Positions 1-10,768 of a stretch of DNA of 64,000 nucleotides are shown piece after piece (positions within the stretch are counted from its first letter, which is position 1; the number at the start of each line of letters is the position of its first letter). Position numbers and translations under genes: made by a program. The notes under the pieces were generated by a model. That model searched no databases. It was given only the letters and a program-made list of their open reading frames with translations, and was not told where the DNA came from. Origin of the DNA: a bacterium (lineage in GTDB: Bacteria > Zhuqueibacterota > Zhuqueibacteria > Residuimicrobiales > Krinioviventaceae); the NCBI GenBank assembly GCA_963693055.1, contig OY843751.1, positions 1,120,001-1,184,000 of the forward strand, in the 5' to 3' direction.

Positions 1-210
1 CATTGCAGGTTATCATGTGTGTTGGGTTCTTTTGAGCTGTAGCACAACCCTTTATATTTATTGGGAGCATGCAAAAAGACAGAACCTTGTAAATAGATAA
101 TATTGGGGCAACATCTTAAATATTCCGTTAAATTACTTTTGGATTTGAAAATATAAATATTAATTTAAAAAAGTAATTATTTTAATAAATCGGGAAAAAG
201 GAGGGTAGTA

Positions 211-1059
211 ATGAAACTGGGAATTCACGCGTATGCATGGTGCTCACAATGGACCAATGACGAACTGTATTTGATCGATAAAGTTAAAGAAATGGGACTG
301 GATTTTATAGAGATCCCCTTGATGTGTCTGGATACTTTTGACGCAGATGCCATAAGGGACCGATTAATATCCGTTGGACTGGGTGCGGTAACCTCTACCG
401 TGTTGCTGGGAGATACGGACATAACCAGCGAAGATCCGGAGATCCGCAAAAAAGGTGAAGCATATCTCAATGATTGTGTAAAAGCGACACATGCTATTGG
501 CGCCACCAGTTTTTCCGGTGTCATATATTCACAGCATGTAAAATCGCTCAAGCAGCGCCCGGATGAACGGCACTGGCAGTATTCAGCAGACAGTTTGCGC
601 GGTGTTGCGCAGCTTGCTCTGGATATGGGTGTGCAAATCGGATTAGAGCCGGTAAACCGTTATGAAACATTTCTGGTGAATACCTGCGAACAAGCCCTGC
701 ATCTCAAGGAAATGATAGGGATCGAGAGTGTCAAAATCCATTTGGATACCTACCACATGAATGTTGAAGAAAAGAGTTTTTATACGGCTACAAAACTGGC
801 GGGTGATGATCTGATCCATTATCATTTGTGTGAAAATGACCGGGGTATACCCGGTACCGGTCTTGTAGACTGGGACGGTATTTTTAAAGCGCTTTCTGAA
901 ATGAATTATAAAGGGAACGCCGCTTTGGAGAGTTTTGTGGATTGTACCGATAATATGAACACCTGGGTCTGGCGTCAACTTGCACCCAATGGCGACACGC
1001 TTTTAAAAGAAGGCGTTGCTTTTATTCAGCAAAAGCAAAAAGAATATGGATTGGTATAA
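211..1059 (+). CDS. Sugar phosphate isomerase/epimerase, D-tagatose/D-psicose 3-epimerase family
   Basis: Metal/catalytic motifs LEPVNRYE, HLDTYHMNVEE, HLCENDRGIPGTG, ALESF; RBS GGAGG upstream. Confidence 0.88.
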   Translation: MKLGIHAYAWCSQWTNDELYLIDKVKEMGLDFIEIPLMCLDTFDADAIRDRLISVGLGAVTSTVLLGDTDITSEDPEIRKKGEAYLNDCVKATHAIGATSFSGVIYSQHVKSLKQRPDERHWQYSADSLRGVAQLALDMGVQIGLEPVNRYETFLVNTCEQALHLKEMIGIESVKIHLDTYHMNVEEKSFYTATKLAGDDLIHYHLCENDRGIPGTGLVDWDGIFKALSEMNYKGNAALESFVDCTDNMNTWVWRQLAPNGDTLLKEGVAFIQQKQKEYGLV

Positions 1060-1085
1060 GCCAGGGTGGTGATGTTGAATTTTAA

Positions 1086-1110
1086 GGTTACAAGGCAGAG
1101 CCTTGTAACC
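1086..1110. repeat. REP-like palindrome GGTTACAAGGCAGAGCCTTGTAACC, copy 1
   Basis: 11-bp inverted repeat with 3-nt loop; five copies in intergenic DNA of this window. Confidence 0.85.
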
Positions 1111-1292
1111 AGTAAGTGAGGGTGGAATCTTGTAGTCAGTAAGGGGGTTAGAGTCTTGTATTATGACAAATCGGACAGCTTCCCCCTTGAACCGTAACCG
1201 GAGCCTGAGTTTGATTGCATTCGCTAAAGGAGAATGCAATCGAGTATCGAAGGCCCGGTTTTAATCTTGTAATGATTTGATAGATTGGAAGA

Positions 1293-1317
1293 GGTTACAA
1301 GGCAGAGCCTTGTAACC
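1293..1317. repeat. REP-like palindrome, copy 2
   Basis: Identical to 1086-1110. Confidence 0.85.
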
Positions 1318-1334
1318 AATAAAGAATTACATTA

Positions 1335-2213
1335 TTAATGCTGATGAAACGCGTCCGAGACGAATTTCAGTACCTGGGGCAGGGACTCTCGCCAATAGGT
1401 CCAGTTGTGGGCGCCGTCACGGATTCGGAACTCGTGCGGAATTTCCCGCTCACGCATGGTGATGTGGATGAGCGAATTGCCTTCATAGAGAAAATCGTCA
1501 TCGCCACAGTCAATATACCAGCGCACGGATTTTAAACTGTCCACCGGCATGTTGGCCATCATGTATACGGAACTGTATCGTCTGTAATAGCCCTTTAGTA
1601 TTGAATCGCTGTATTTATGGTCTTTAACCTGAGAATAGCGGTCCAAACGTTCTTTTAGATTTTCCACACTGGATGGTCCGGTTGCCGCGCTGAGCGGACA
1701 GGCAGATGAGAACAACTCGGGATGATGGAGCGCATAGGTGAACGTTCCATGCCCACCCATAGAGAGACCTGCAACGGCACGATAGCGTTTTTTTGCCTTG
1801 ATGCGCCAGTTTGCTTCTACATAGGGCATGAATTCCTGAAAAAAGAAATCTTCATAGCGCCATCCTCCCGAAAGGTCGTTGATATATCCGCGTCTGCCGG
1901 TATCGGCATCGGGCATGACAATGATCATGGGCGTTGCGGTACCGTCCTTGATAGCATTATCGGTAATGCGCAATACTTCGCCAAACTGGATCCATCCGGT
2001 CTGATCATCACCTGCGCCATGCAGCAAGTAGAGCACAGGATATGAGCGCTGTGAGGTTTCGTAATCCGGGGGGAGATAAATGGCAAACTTGCGCTCCATG
2101 TTCAGAATCATACTGTTCATGGTAAGGTCGTCAAACACCTGGCCGGTTTGGGCGGAGAGGGCCAGGGGGAGCAATATAAAGGTGATCAGAATACATAAAA
2201 GTTTTCTATTCAT
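1335..2213 (-). CDS. Secreted alpha/beta-hydrolase esterase (putative esterase / CE1-like)
   Basis: Signal peptide, YLPPDY, YPVLYLLHG, nucleophile elbow GLSMGG, GAHNWTYW. Confidence 0.88.
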   Translation of the reverse strand: MNRKLLCILITFILLPLALSAQTGQVFDDLTMNSMILNMERKFAIYLPPDYETSQRSYPVLYLLHGAGDDQTGWIQFGEVLRITDNAIKDGTATPMIIVMPDADTGRRGYINDLSGGWRYEDFFFQEFMPYVEANWRIKAKKRYRAVAGLSMGGHGTFTYALHHPELFSSACPLSAATGPSSVENLKERLDRYSQVKDHKYSDSILKGYYRRYSSVYMMANMPVDSLKSVRWYIDCGDDDFLYEGNSLIHITMREREIPHEFRIRDGAHNWTYWRESLPQVLKFVSDAFHQH

Positions 2214-2312
2214 AGCGCATTTCCTCTATTAATTTGAAATATGGGTATGAATTATTATAGTTTATAAAGAGGATAAAATCAATAAAAATTGTATGCATCT
2301 TGGGCGAGATAT

Positions 2313-2345
2313 AAAAAAACTCCCCGTGTGATTTTCACGAGGAGT
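2313..2345 (-). terminator. Rho-independent terminator of the GxGYxYP gene
   Basis: ACTCCCCGTG...CACGAGGAGT hairpin with a U-tract on the minus strand. Confidence 0.6.
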
Positions 2346-2352
2346 GTGGATT

Positions 2353-4416
2353 TTAAAAGTATTGTTTGTCGATGCGCTCTGTAAGGGCCAGCAAGCGGTC
2401 TGCTAATTTTACAGCTTGTTGGAATGTGAAATTTTCCTGATGCCAGTTGTCCCATAATGCCTGAAGTTCAGTAGCAAGTTTAACGTCTTGAATATTGCTA
2501 AACTTTTTCACAAATTGTTTGGTAGCTGTGGGCTTGTGGTTTACATAAATTTTTTGAGATTCAAGAGCGAGCTTGTTCAGCGTCATACCATTCCAGATGG
2601 TGATGAATGCCAGAATATCCGCGGCAGGTGATTTTTCCAGACCATAAAGTGTGTCCTTGAGTGATTTGATATAGGATGTTTCTCCATTTTTGTATTGGGA
2701 TTTAAGGGCTTTTAGTTCCTTGTGAAAATTCGGCCATTTAGCTTTTGCATCATTTGAAAGCATGTCTTTGAGTTTGTCTTTTTGCGGATACAGATCTTGC
2801 GTTATTTTTCCTTCCGCGTACGCTTTATCAATCAGGTACATAAACTCGTCCATGTGTACCAACTCTACTTTGTCTGCCGGAAACCGATCCATTGCTTCTT
2901 TGATTTTACTCATGCTTACCGAATGATTGCCAATACAGTTGATGAATAAAGGACGGTTGGGACAGGCGTCAATAAACTCTTTAAAGACCTTGTACACATC
3001 ATCCCCGCGGTGAATGCCTTCTCCAAAAAAGATGTCGGGTTTGCCTTTGCCTATGAAATGCTTCTCAAATGCGGATTCTCCCATTCCTCTCATAAAGCCC
3101 TGCACATCCGGCATGGTTTCGCACTGGGTTTCGTAAAATCCCGGTACCACGGCTTCCTGCCACCAATCCCGGTCATTCCAGTTTGCCATATGAACCTCGG
3201 TAATTCCGCATTTTTTCATATAATCGTTGGTCAGTTTTAGGAATTTTTTCGGATCGGGATGAAGATGCGGATACGTATAGGTAGCGCCGGAAGAGGCAGC
3301 AATAAAATAATCCATGGGCTCCAGATTTTCAAAATAATATTTTACCAGCGCCGGCATAAAATCGTATGCAAGCGGCATAAATCCCCAATTGTATTTTATT
3401 TTTCCGCGAGTGGGATCAGCCCAGTCTTTGACCACATGGTTCTCTACAAACCAGGCGGCGTCACCGTCGGTGGTCATGTATGCGATATAGACCTTGTTCT
3501 CTACCTTTAAATTCTTTTTATCAAGCGGACGCTGCTTAAAGTTATGATCAGGTACCGGCATGCTTGAATGTACCGACATGTTTGTGGTATTGAGATTACA
3601 CATGCCATATATACCATATTCCGATGACAGGGCAATGGCCTCATGTTCTTTGTCTCGCGCGCAATGCCACCCGATTACATAAGCTTCTTCTGGATATTCC
3701 TGGTATATTTTTTTTATCAGGTTATAGTCCGCCTTGTCCCGCTCAGAGGTAGACATGTCAAATGAGAAAATATTGTGGGCCATCACATAATCACGGTTGG
3801 TAAAGGTAGAGATGGGAAAATGCGGCACATGGATACACAGCTGGGCTACTACTTTTTTATTACACTTGGGTAAAAGTTCTTTTCTGGCCCATTCATAAGC
3901 GGTCAGATGGTCTGGCGCTTTGTCTGACATGTCTGCTTTTTGTTCTAGTCCGAACTCTTGTGCAAGAGCGAGTTGTTCACGGGTTACCGGCAGCAGGTTG
4001 TTCAATGCACCGTAGGTAGTTGCCAGGTTTAACGAATGAGGATGGGCATTGTCGTATAAAACCGTTCCCGAGATCTCTTGCGCAAACAGTTTGAACAAAT
4101 CTTTGATTGAATCTACTTTTTCATATCCAATGTTGTATTCATCCCGGTAATAGTCTAGCCAGAACTGGTCCTGTTTGTGATACACAATATAGACACGGGT
4201 ATTGTTTCTGTTGATTAATCCTTGAAAACAGGTGGTTAGATTTTTGGTTTGCCAGTCTGTTTTATAATCAAGCGAGAGTGCCCATAATTTTTCAGGCATT
4301 TTGCCATGCGGCATTATACGTTCATAACCAGGGGAACTGCTGCATTTTAGCCAGGGAGCGGCAGATAGAGCAGCACCTGATGCAGTCATGGTTCTGAGAA
4401 AAGTACGGCGTTTCAT
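2353..4416 (-). CDS. Tat-exported GxGYxYP-family putative glycoside hydrolase
   Basis: MKRRTFL twin-arginine signal after a GGAGG RBS (start 4416); FQGLINR, TDGD and SSGATYTYP motifs. Confidence 0.72.
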   Translation of the reverse strand: MKRRTFLRTMTASGAALSAAPWLKCSSSPGYERIMPHGKMPEKLWALSLDYKTDWQTKNLTTCFQGLINRNNTRVYIVYHKQDQFWLDYYRDEYNIGYEKVDSIKDLFKLFAQEISGTVLYDNAHPHSLNLATTYGALNNLLPVTREQLALAQEFGLEQKADMSDKAPDHLTAYEWARKELLPKCNKKVVAQLCIHVPHFPISTFTNRDYVMAHNIFSFDMSTSERDKADYNLIKKIYQEYPEEAYVIGWHCARDKEHEAIALSSEYGIYGMCNLNTTNMSVHSSMPVPDHNFKQRPLDKKNLKVENKVYIAYMTTDGDAAWFVENHVVKDWADPTRGKIKYNWGFMPLAYDFMPALVKYYFENLEPMDYFIAASSGATYTYPHLHPDPKKFLKLTNDYMKKCGITEVHMANWNDRDWWQEAVVPGFYETQCETMPDVQGFMRGMGESAFEKHFIGKGKPDIFFGEGIHRGDDVYKVFKEFIDACPNRPLFINCIGNHSVSMSKIKEAMDRFPADKVELVHMDEFMYLIDKAYAEGKITQDLYPQKDKLKDMLSNDAKAKWPNFHKELKALKSQYKNGETSYIKSLKDTLYGLEKSPAADILAFITIWNGMTLNKLALESQKIYVNHKPTATKQFVKKFSNIQDVKLATELQALWDNWHQENFTFQQAVKLADRLLALTERIDKQYF

Positions 4417-4648
4417 GCATCCTCCGGGATTGTGGATCGTCATTCGCTATTTTTTTTGTTAAAAAGATATAATTCAAGATAGTGTGTATTTTGGGAAAAA
4501 CAAGAATTATAATAATGTTCGCAAAAAGTTAACAATGTTTTACCTGCATTTTGCCTAACCTGATATTGTTTGTTTGGGAATATTTTAGTACTTTTAGACG
4601 GTCAAAGGATTCTTGTTTCTACTCGTTAATATATATAAAGGATCCGTT

Positions 4649-6283
4649 ATGAAAAAAATGTTGTATCTGTGCCTGTTGGTTTTTCTATCCTTTCAACCCA
4701 TTTTTGCGGCAAAGGGAGATTCACTCTGCTTTCACAAGATTGTTAGAGATAATAATGGTTTTCTGCTATCCTGGTATCAGCCGGAAACAGATGGCGCAGC
4801 GTTTACTCATGTAGCAAAGCTGGCAACAGATTTTATTAAAACAAAATGTCCGGTAGAACCTAAAACCGGCAAACCTTTATATTATCTGTTTTGTGAATTC
4901 CCACACCCCTCAACCGATGATAATTTTTTCTCTGGTACGGTTGCGCGTTATACGCTTCCCAATAATCCCGCTTGTGTGTTTGCAGGATTAACGCAGAGCC
5001 TTGCTGTGGACTATTATCCGTTTTACGGTGATGATTCTGTATTGCAAATTGTGCAGGATATACTGGACCATATGATTGAATACGGTACAACCCCGGTAGA
5101 CTGGAAGTGGGGCAGTTGCCCTTATGCCAGCAGTGATCCCGGTGAAACCGTATATGCCGGCGGCACCCAATGGCAGGATGAAGGCCGAGGCGACGGACCC
5201 GGTATTTTGGAACCGGACAAAATAGGTGAGATGGGTGTTGCGTATCTGCAGTTTTACCAGATGACTGAAAATAAAAAATATCTCGATGCGGCAGTTGCCT
5301 GCGCAAGCGCGCTGGCTAAAAATGTAATAAAAGGGGATATCCACAAATCGCCCTGGCCGTATCGCGTGAATGGTAAAACCGGTGAGGATGTGGAATCGTA
5401 TTGCTCAAATGTGCTGCCGCCAATCATGCTGTTTGATGATCTGGATCGGATCAAAGATTATATTGATGTATCCCCGGTACAGCTTGAAAATTTTCAAAAG
5501 GCAAGGGAGGTTGCCTGGAACTGGTTGTTCTCAAAATCCGGTCCCATGAAAACCTTTATCTGGAAAGGGTACTTTGAAGATTGTCCCATTGATGATGATA
5601 ATAGCAATCGTGTACAGGTAACCGCAATTGAAACCGCAAGATATCTGTTGCAGCACCCGGAATATGATCCTTTTTACAAAGAAAATGTATCCGCGCTGTT
5701 AAAATGGAGTGACAGTGTATTTGGTACTGATGGTTCCATGGGCTATAACGCGCAATGCGAGCAATTGATATGTTATCAACCAATGGGCAGCCACACCGCC
5801 AGATATGCATCCGTGTGCGCCATGTGGTATGCAAAAACCGGTATTGAAGCCTATAAAACCGAAGCGCTTGAGAATTTCAACTGGGCGACCTATTGCTGCG
5901 ACAATGATGGAATCGTCTCGGTGGGGCCGCGTTGGCTGGGCGCCTGGTTCTCGGATGGTTATGGTGATTATATAAAACACTTTTTTGACGGCATGCAGGC
6001 TGTTCCCGAATGGGCGCCGGCAGGAGAAAATCATCTGCTGGGTTCTTCAAGTCTGGTGCAGTCAATTAAATACGAGAATGCAGAGATCCAATACCGCACA
6101 TATTTGCCCAACTCGATAGAAACACTAAAGTTGAACAAGCAACCTCAAGCGGTTACTGTCGACGGCAAGCCGCTGGCTATGCTTACCGAACCGGGAAATG
6201 GCTGGACCTGGCAGCCTTGCGGAAATGATGGTGTTGTGCGTATCAAGCATTCAAACGGACGGGAGGTCCGTATCATGTTCTAG
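4649..6283 (+). CDS. Secreted hypothetical protein, probable (alpha/alpha)-barrel glycosidase-like fold
   Basis: Long ORF with signal peptide MKKMLY; helical repeats such as YQMTENKKYLDAA; family not certain. Confidence 0.6.
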   Translation: MKKMLYLCLLVFLSFQPIFAAKGDSLCFHKIVRDNNGFLLSWYQPETDGAAFTHVAKLATDFIKTKCPVEPKTGKPLYYLFCEFPHPSTDDNFFSGTVARYTLPNNPACVFAGLTQSLAVDYYPFYGDDSVLQIVQDILDHMIEYGTTPVDWKWGSCPYASSDPGETVYAGGTQWQDEGRGDGPGILEPDKIGEMGVAYLQFYQMTENKKYLDAAVACASALAKNVIKGDIHKSPWPYRVNGKTGEDVESYCSNVLPPIMLFDDLDRIKDYIDVSPVQLENFQKAREVAWNWLFSKSGPMKTFIWKGYFEDCPIDDDNSNRVQVTAIETARYLLQHPEYDPFYKENVSALLKWSDSVFGTDGSMGYNAQCEQLICYQPMGSHTARYASVCAMWYAKTGIEAYKTEALENFNWATYCCDNDGIVSVGPRWLGAWFSDGYGDYIKHFFDGMQAVPEWAPAGENHLLGSSSLVQSIKYENAEIQYRTYLPNSIETLKLNKQPQAVTVDGKPLAMLTEPGNGWTWQPCGNDGVVRIKHSNGREVRIMF

Positions 6284-6301
6284 AAAAGCAGGAGGAGTGT
6301 T

Positions 6302-7183
6302 ATGAAATATCTGGCAACGTACTGTTTTTTGAGCATATTTATATTTTTCGGTTGTAACCAATATTCTGAAATACAAAAACCTTTTAATTATTTTAATCAG
6401 CAGCCGCCCGGCTTTCAGCCGGAGCGGTTTGCTCCCCATGTATTTAACCAATCCGGATACATGCTGCATGGGTACCCCACTTTTTCTCATGATGCGCAAG
6501 AGGTGTACTGGCCGGTTGTTCCACCGCGAATTTTCCATATAAAACAAAAAGATGCCGGTGTGTCTGCTCCACAGATAGCGTCATTTGCAGCAGGAAATAT
6601 GCAGGCACCGTTTTATGCACCCGATCCTGATAGAATCTACTTTCAATTGTCCCACAAAGCCGGATGCGGCTCGCTGGATATTTGCTGTGTCGAGAAAATG
6701 GACACCACATGGGGAGCGATAGCAACCCTGCCAATGCCGCCCAATTCACCCAAGCTTGAATCGCAGCCCTCTTTGAGTCATAACGGTAATCTCTATTTTA
6801 CTGGATTTTATGAAAAGGGTATGTTGAACCGCGGAATCTACAAGAGTCGATACAAGAACGACACGTTTATGGAACCCGAACTGTTGCCGGAGATGATCAA
6901 TACCCCAGCACTGGATTATACATCCTTTATTGCACCGGACGAATCGTTTCTGCTTTTTGCCTCTACCCGTGAGGGGGAAGGAGAAGAGGCGATCCGGTTG
7001 TTTGTCAGTTTCCATAACGCGGATGATACCTGGACTGAACCGGTCAACCTGAACAGAATGATGCAATTCGACCAGCCCAGCCGCTTTCCCTGTCTTACAC
7101 CTGATGGTATGTACATTATCTTTCAAAGCGACAGCGAGTATTACTGGGTCAGCGCAGAGATTTTAGAGCAGTGCAAGGTATAA
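6302..7183 (+). CDS. PD40/WD40-like beta-propeller lipoprotein (TolB-like repeats)
   Basis: Lipobox FFGC; repeats PTFSHDA, PSLSHNGNLYF, FIAPDESFLLF, LTPDGMYIIF. Confidence 0.8.
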   Translation: MKYLATYCFLSIFIFFGCNQYSEIQKPFNYFNQQPPGFQPERFAPHVFNQSGYMLHGYPTFSHDAQEVYWPVVPPRIFHIKQKDAGVSAPQIASFAAGNMQAPFYAPDPDRIYFQLSHKAGCGSLDICCVEKMDTTWGAIATLPMPPNSPKLESQPSLSHNGNLYFTGFYEKGMLNRGIYKSRYKNDTFMEPELLPEMINTPALDYTSFIAPDESFLLFASTREGEGEEAIRLFVSFHNADDTWTEPVNLNRMMQFDQPSRFPCLTPDGMYIIFQSDSEYYWVSAEILEQCKV

Positions 7184-7249
7184 ACTTTACTTGCCAATTT
7201 TACAAGTGTTGTATGGTATGCTAATAAATCAATTAAATAGGACAAAATA

Positions 7250-8833
7250 ATGAAAATTTCAAGACGATCGTTTTTAGCTTCATCTACAGCAGTGTTGGGT
7301 GTTATGGCTTTTCCGGTTTGCAAGTCCAATAATGCTTCACCTCGCAGTTACCAGGTTTGTTTGTCTGTGGATACCATTGAAAATAATCCTGAGCTCCTTG
7401 CAACCATTGCGGATGCCGGGTGTAAGGTTGTATTGATTGGCGCGTTTTTCTATGGTTATTGGCCGGTAAGTATAGAAAAACTGGTCAATGCCCGAAAGCG
7501 GGTGAATGCATTGGGCATGGAGGCCCTGATTATCAATATTCCACTGGGGCATCCCGGTGATTCGCTGGGCTCCAAAGACGGCGATTTCCCTTTAACGCCC
7601 CCTATGCATTGGAAGACCGCAGTGCATTTTGACGGGCATGAATATTCCGGTACCTCTTTGCACAAACCCGCTACGATTGAAAATGTGCAAGCCGTCAAAG
7701 AGTTAAAAGACGCTGGTTTTTCTACAATACTTTTGGATGATGATTTTCGTCTGGCTACAGGTCCGGGACAGATTGGCGGATGTTATTGTGATTTTCATCG
7801 TGACTGGTTTTTAAACAGTAATGGATATGCCGCAAGTCGTTGGAATGAATTGCTAAATGATGCACAGCAAAGACGGTTTACGCCTCTGCTGAGATCCTGG
7901 GTGGATTTTACAACATCTCAATTAACAAATTGTTTTCGCCAGCAGCAGCAAGTCATAGGAGAGCAGAACCTGGGTATCATGGTAATGTATCTCGGTTCTG
8001 AAAAAGCCGGAATTGCTCTGGATGAATATACGAATGTACCTTTCCGGGTGGGTGAGTTAATGTTTGATGATAAATCCTTTGGCCGTGTTAAAGGAAAAAC
8101 CGACGAGCTTTACAGCGCACTGTTTCATCGACGATTTGCGCAGCCGGAGCTCGCCTGGAGTGAGACCACAGCCTTTCCGCATGATAACCTCTCTGCAAAA
8201 AATGTAGCTGCAAAATTGACGGTTTCTACTATTGCGGATGTAAGGAATACCTGCTTTATGAGTGGAATGCAGCCTTATCCGATTTCATATTGGGAAACAT
8301 TAAAACCTGCAATGCAAACACAGTCTGAATTTCATTCTGTTTTGGCGGGGCACAAACCCCAGGGGCCGTTCAAACATTGGCGGGGATTGCCAGAACGATA
8401 TGTGGGAAAAGACAAGCCTTTCAGTCTGTGGCTGGCTGCCGGAATTCCGTTTGAGCTGTGTGACAATCTGCCACAGGATGGTTGGACCTGTTTGTCAAAA
8501 GCCGATGCTGTTTATCTTACGGATCAGGAACTCGGGAGCGGAACACGTTTCATTGCACAGCCTGCTGAGGGATTGCATTCTGAACTCGAGCAAATAAAAG
8601 AAGCATTGCCAGAGATGTTTGCGCTTAAAGCCCGGATTCTACCGCAATTAAAACAGACTCCATTTATTGTGCAGGATGTTCCGGCAGTATGCGCCTGGTA
8701 CCCCACAGCCAAAGCCGTGCTGGTGTGGAACCTGACCGAACAGCAGCAAAAGCTTACCGTACAAATGGATGGAAAGCAACACGAACTGTTATTGGGTCCA
8801 CTGGAATCCGGATTGGTTCGGGATTTGGGGTAA
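7250..8833 (+). CDS. Tat-exported hypothetical protein, possible TIM-barrel glycoside hydrolase
   Basis: SRRSFL Tat motif; LLDDDF..GGCYCDFH segment; 527-aa ORF. Confidence 0.6.
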   Translation: MKISRRSFLASSTAVLGVMAFPVCKSNNASPRSYQVCLSVDTIENNPELLATIADAGCKVVLIGAFFYGYWPVSIEKLVNARKRVNALGMEALIINIPLGHPGDSLGSKDGDFPLTPPMHWKTAVHFDGHEYSGTSLHKPATIENVQAVKELKDAGFSTILLDDDFRLATGPGQIGGCYCDFHRDWFLNSNGYAASRWNELLNDAQQRRFTPLLRSWVDFTTSQLTNCFRQQQQVIGEQNLGIMVMYLGSEKAGIALDEYTNVPFRVGELMFDDKSFGRVKGKTDELYSALFHRRFAQPELAWSETTAFPHDNLSAKNVAAKLTVSTIADVRNTCFMSGMQPYPISYWETLKPAMQTQSEFHSVLAGHKPQGPFKHWRGLPERYVGKDKPFSLWLAAGIPFELCDNLPQDGWTCLSKADAVYLTDQELGSGTRFIAQPAEGLHSELEQIKEALPEMFALKARILPQLKQTPFIVQDVPAVCAWYPTAKAVLVWNLTEQQQKLTVQMDGKQHELLLGPLESGLVRDLG

Positions 8834-8855
8834 AGATGATCTCGGTATATTGAAA

Positions 8856-8880
8856 GGTTACAAGGCAGAGCCTTGTAAAC
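8856..8880. repeat. REP-like palindrome, copy 3
   Basis: GGTTACAAGGCAGAGCCTTGTAAAC, 1 mismatch to copy 1. Confidence 0.8.
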
Positions 8881-9097
8881 AGAACAGCAAGAACATTTTA
8901 CCATAATTTATACCTTGTTCTTCGATACCAGTATTGAAGGGGCTACGACCATGAATTGCCCGGCACTTTTAAGGAGCCGGGCAATTATTCCAGATAAAAA
9001 AAAGTTAAATTCGAAAGTATGGTAAAAGTAAAAAGAGTAATTCATTTATTGCACATAGTAGATTGAGAAAAGTTTCTTACATGATTTCGGAATTCTA

Positions 9098-9215
9098 TTG
9101 ACAAATGATGTTAGTTTTTGTATTATCCAAAAGGGAAGCAAGTCTTTTTATTATTAAAAGTAAAAATTTCAATTTTCGTGGCGACTCACGGGGACTCGGT
9201 GATGTACCGGGTGAG
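9098..9215 (+). promoter_or_regulatory. Sigma70 promoter plus conserved leader element, copy 1
   Basis: TTGACA-N17-TATTAT, then AAGTAAAAATTTCAATTTTCGTGGCGACTCACGGGGACTCGGTGATGTACCGGGTGAG. Confidence 0.8.
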
Positions 9216-9343
9216 ACAATATTATTTTATTATTATAATGGTTAGAATACTTGAATCGTTCAGTATTTTTAGGATTAAAATTATTTTTGATGCTAATTGT
9301 ATAAAGTGTTCATATTGATTTTTTTGTTTTATACATCCTGCAA

Positions 9344-10501
9344 ATGAAAGGGTATAACATGTTAAATGTTGGGAAGAGAATCTTAAAATCAATTTTAATA
9401 TTTAATTTGATAATCCTTATTTCCCCGTTTAATTGTATTCGTGATAAATCTGAAATAACAAATTCTGTTGAAATTGAAACAGATTATTCTTTTTCTAAGC
9501 AAAATAGAGTTGCTATACATGCAAATCGCAAAAGTGTTTTTTATATTTACGATTATGTTGAAAATAAAGTTGTTAAGGAAATTGAAATTCCATTAACAGA
9601 AAATACAATAATTCACAACTGTTGTTTATCGACCGATAATAGATATTTGATATTTCCGGGTAATACAGATTATAAACTTTCACTGCATATTTTTGATCTG
9701 GAAAATCAAAACTTTTTACCAGAGATATTTACCGGATTATCTGCTATAGCAGCACCAAGAATATCAGCAGCGTATATAGATGATAAACCGGATTTGATTT
9801 ATTTTTTTACCCATTCTGATGGTATGCACAAAATCAATTTTCTTTCTAATACCTATGAATTTATGAATGATTTTGCGTATTATGGCCCTATAATGGGCGT
9901 CCATTTTTTTAAATCAATTGATAATTCTTTATTCCTATTGTTAAAAAGTTGGGGGGGAGATAATTCTTATAGTGAACTTGATGTATATAACGTGAATAGT
10001 GAACTAGGAGAGAAATTATATACCTTAAATACAAGTAATCAAGATAGTATTTATTTTTATAATATAGTACCGGATGAGAATAATGAATATGTTTTTTTGG
10101 CAATAATAAAAATTAAAAAACGGTTTGAAGAAAAATATTTTGGAAGTTATCATTTGCCAACCAAAAGATTAATTTTTTCAGATTTGGTATTTCCTAGTAA
10201 CTATAACAATTTTGCTACTCATCTAGCTTATCATTCAGACTTGAAAGAAGTATATCGTATTGGTGGTAGTAATATTTTATATATCATTGATGTTAACACA
10301 GAAAATTATACAATAAAACAAGAACTGGTTCTTGATGGAAAAATAGAAGGTGTTTCTCGTTTGTTGGTGCTGCATGATGAAAATCTTTTACTAATAAGTT
10401 GTCCCGATAGTAATTTATTATATACCGTGGATTTAATTACAAAAACAGTTACTAATAAAGTATATATTGAGCACCCATATACAATAAATAAATTGTATTA
10501 A
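9344..10501 (+). CDS. Putative lipoprotein, YncE/YVTN-like beta-propeller
   Basis: Hydrophobic signal ending in Cys (PFNC); beta-rich repeats; very AT-rich. Confidence 0.6.
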   Translation: MKGYNMLNVGKRILKSILIFNLIILISPFNCIRDKSEITNSVEIETDYSFSKQNRVAIHANRKSVFYIYDYVENKVVKEIEIPLTENTIIHNCCLSTDNRYLIFPGNTDYKLSLHIFDLENQNFLPEIFTGLSAIAAPRISAAYIDDKPDLIYFFTHSDGMHKINFLSNTYEFMNDFAYYGPIMGVHFFKSIDNSLFLLLKSWGGDNSYSELDVYNVNSELGEKLYTLNTSNQDSIYFYNIVPDENNEYVFLAIIKIKKRFEEKYFGSYHLPTKRLIFSDLVFPSNYNNFATHLAYHSDLKEVYRIGGSNILYIIDVNTENYTIKQELVLDGKIEGVSRLLVLHDENLLLISCPDSNLLYTVDLITKTVTNKVYIEHPYTINKLY

Positions 10502-10575
10502 CTTGGCAAGAAAGCATTTGATCACAATGCTTTTTTATGTTTCGCGGGATATGGGATTGAGGACTTTGGGGAATA

Positions 10576-10600
10576 GGTTGCATGGTAGAGCCTTGTAATC
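10576..10600. repeat. Degenerate REP-like palindrome, copy 4
   Basis: GGTTGCATGGTAGAGCCTTGTAATC; flanks resemble those of copy 5. Confidence 0.7.
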
Positions 10601-10650
10601 AGTGGGGGGATAGTATATTGGAAATAGTTTTTCATGATTTTGGAATTCTA

Positions 10651-10768
10651 TTGACAAATGCTGTTAGTTTTTGTATTATCCAAAAGGGAATCAAATCTTT
10701 ATAGTACAAGAAGTAAAAATTTCAATTTTCGGGGCGACTCACGGGGACTCGGTGATGTACCGGGTGAG
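10651..10768 (+). promoter_or_regulatory. Sigma70 promoter plus conserved leader element, copy 2
   Basis: TTGACA(10651)-N17-TATTAT(10674) and the same leader core and hairpin as copy 1. Confidence 0.8.

Noticed and set aside
1081-1320. CRISPR array
   Set aside because: Only two good repeats about 200 bp apart, no regular spacers, no cas genes.
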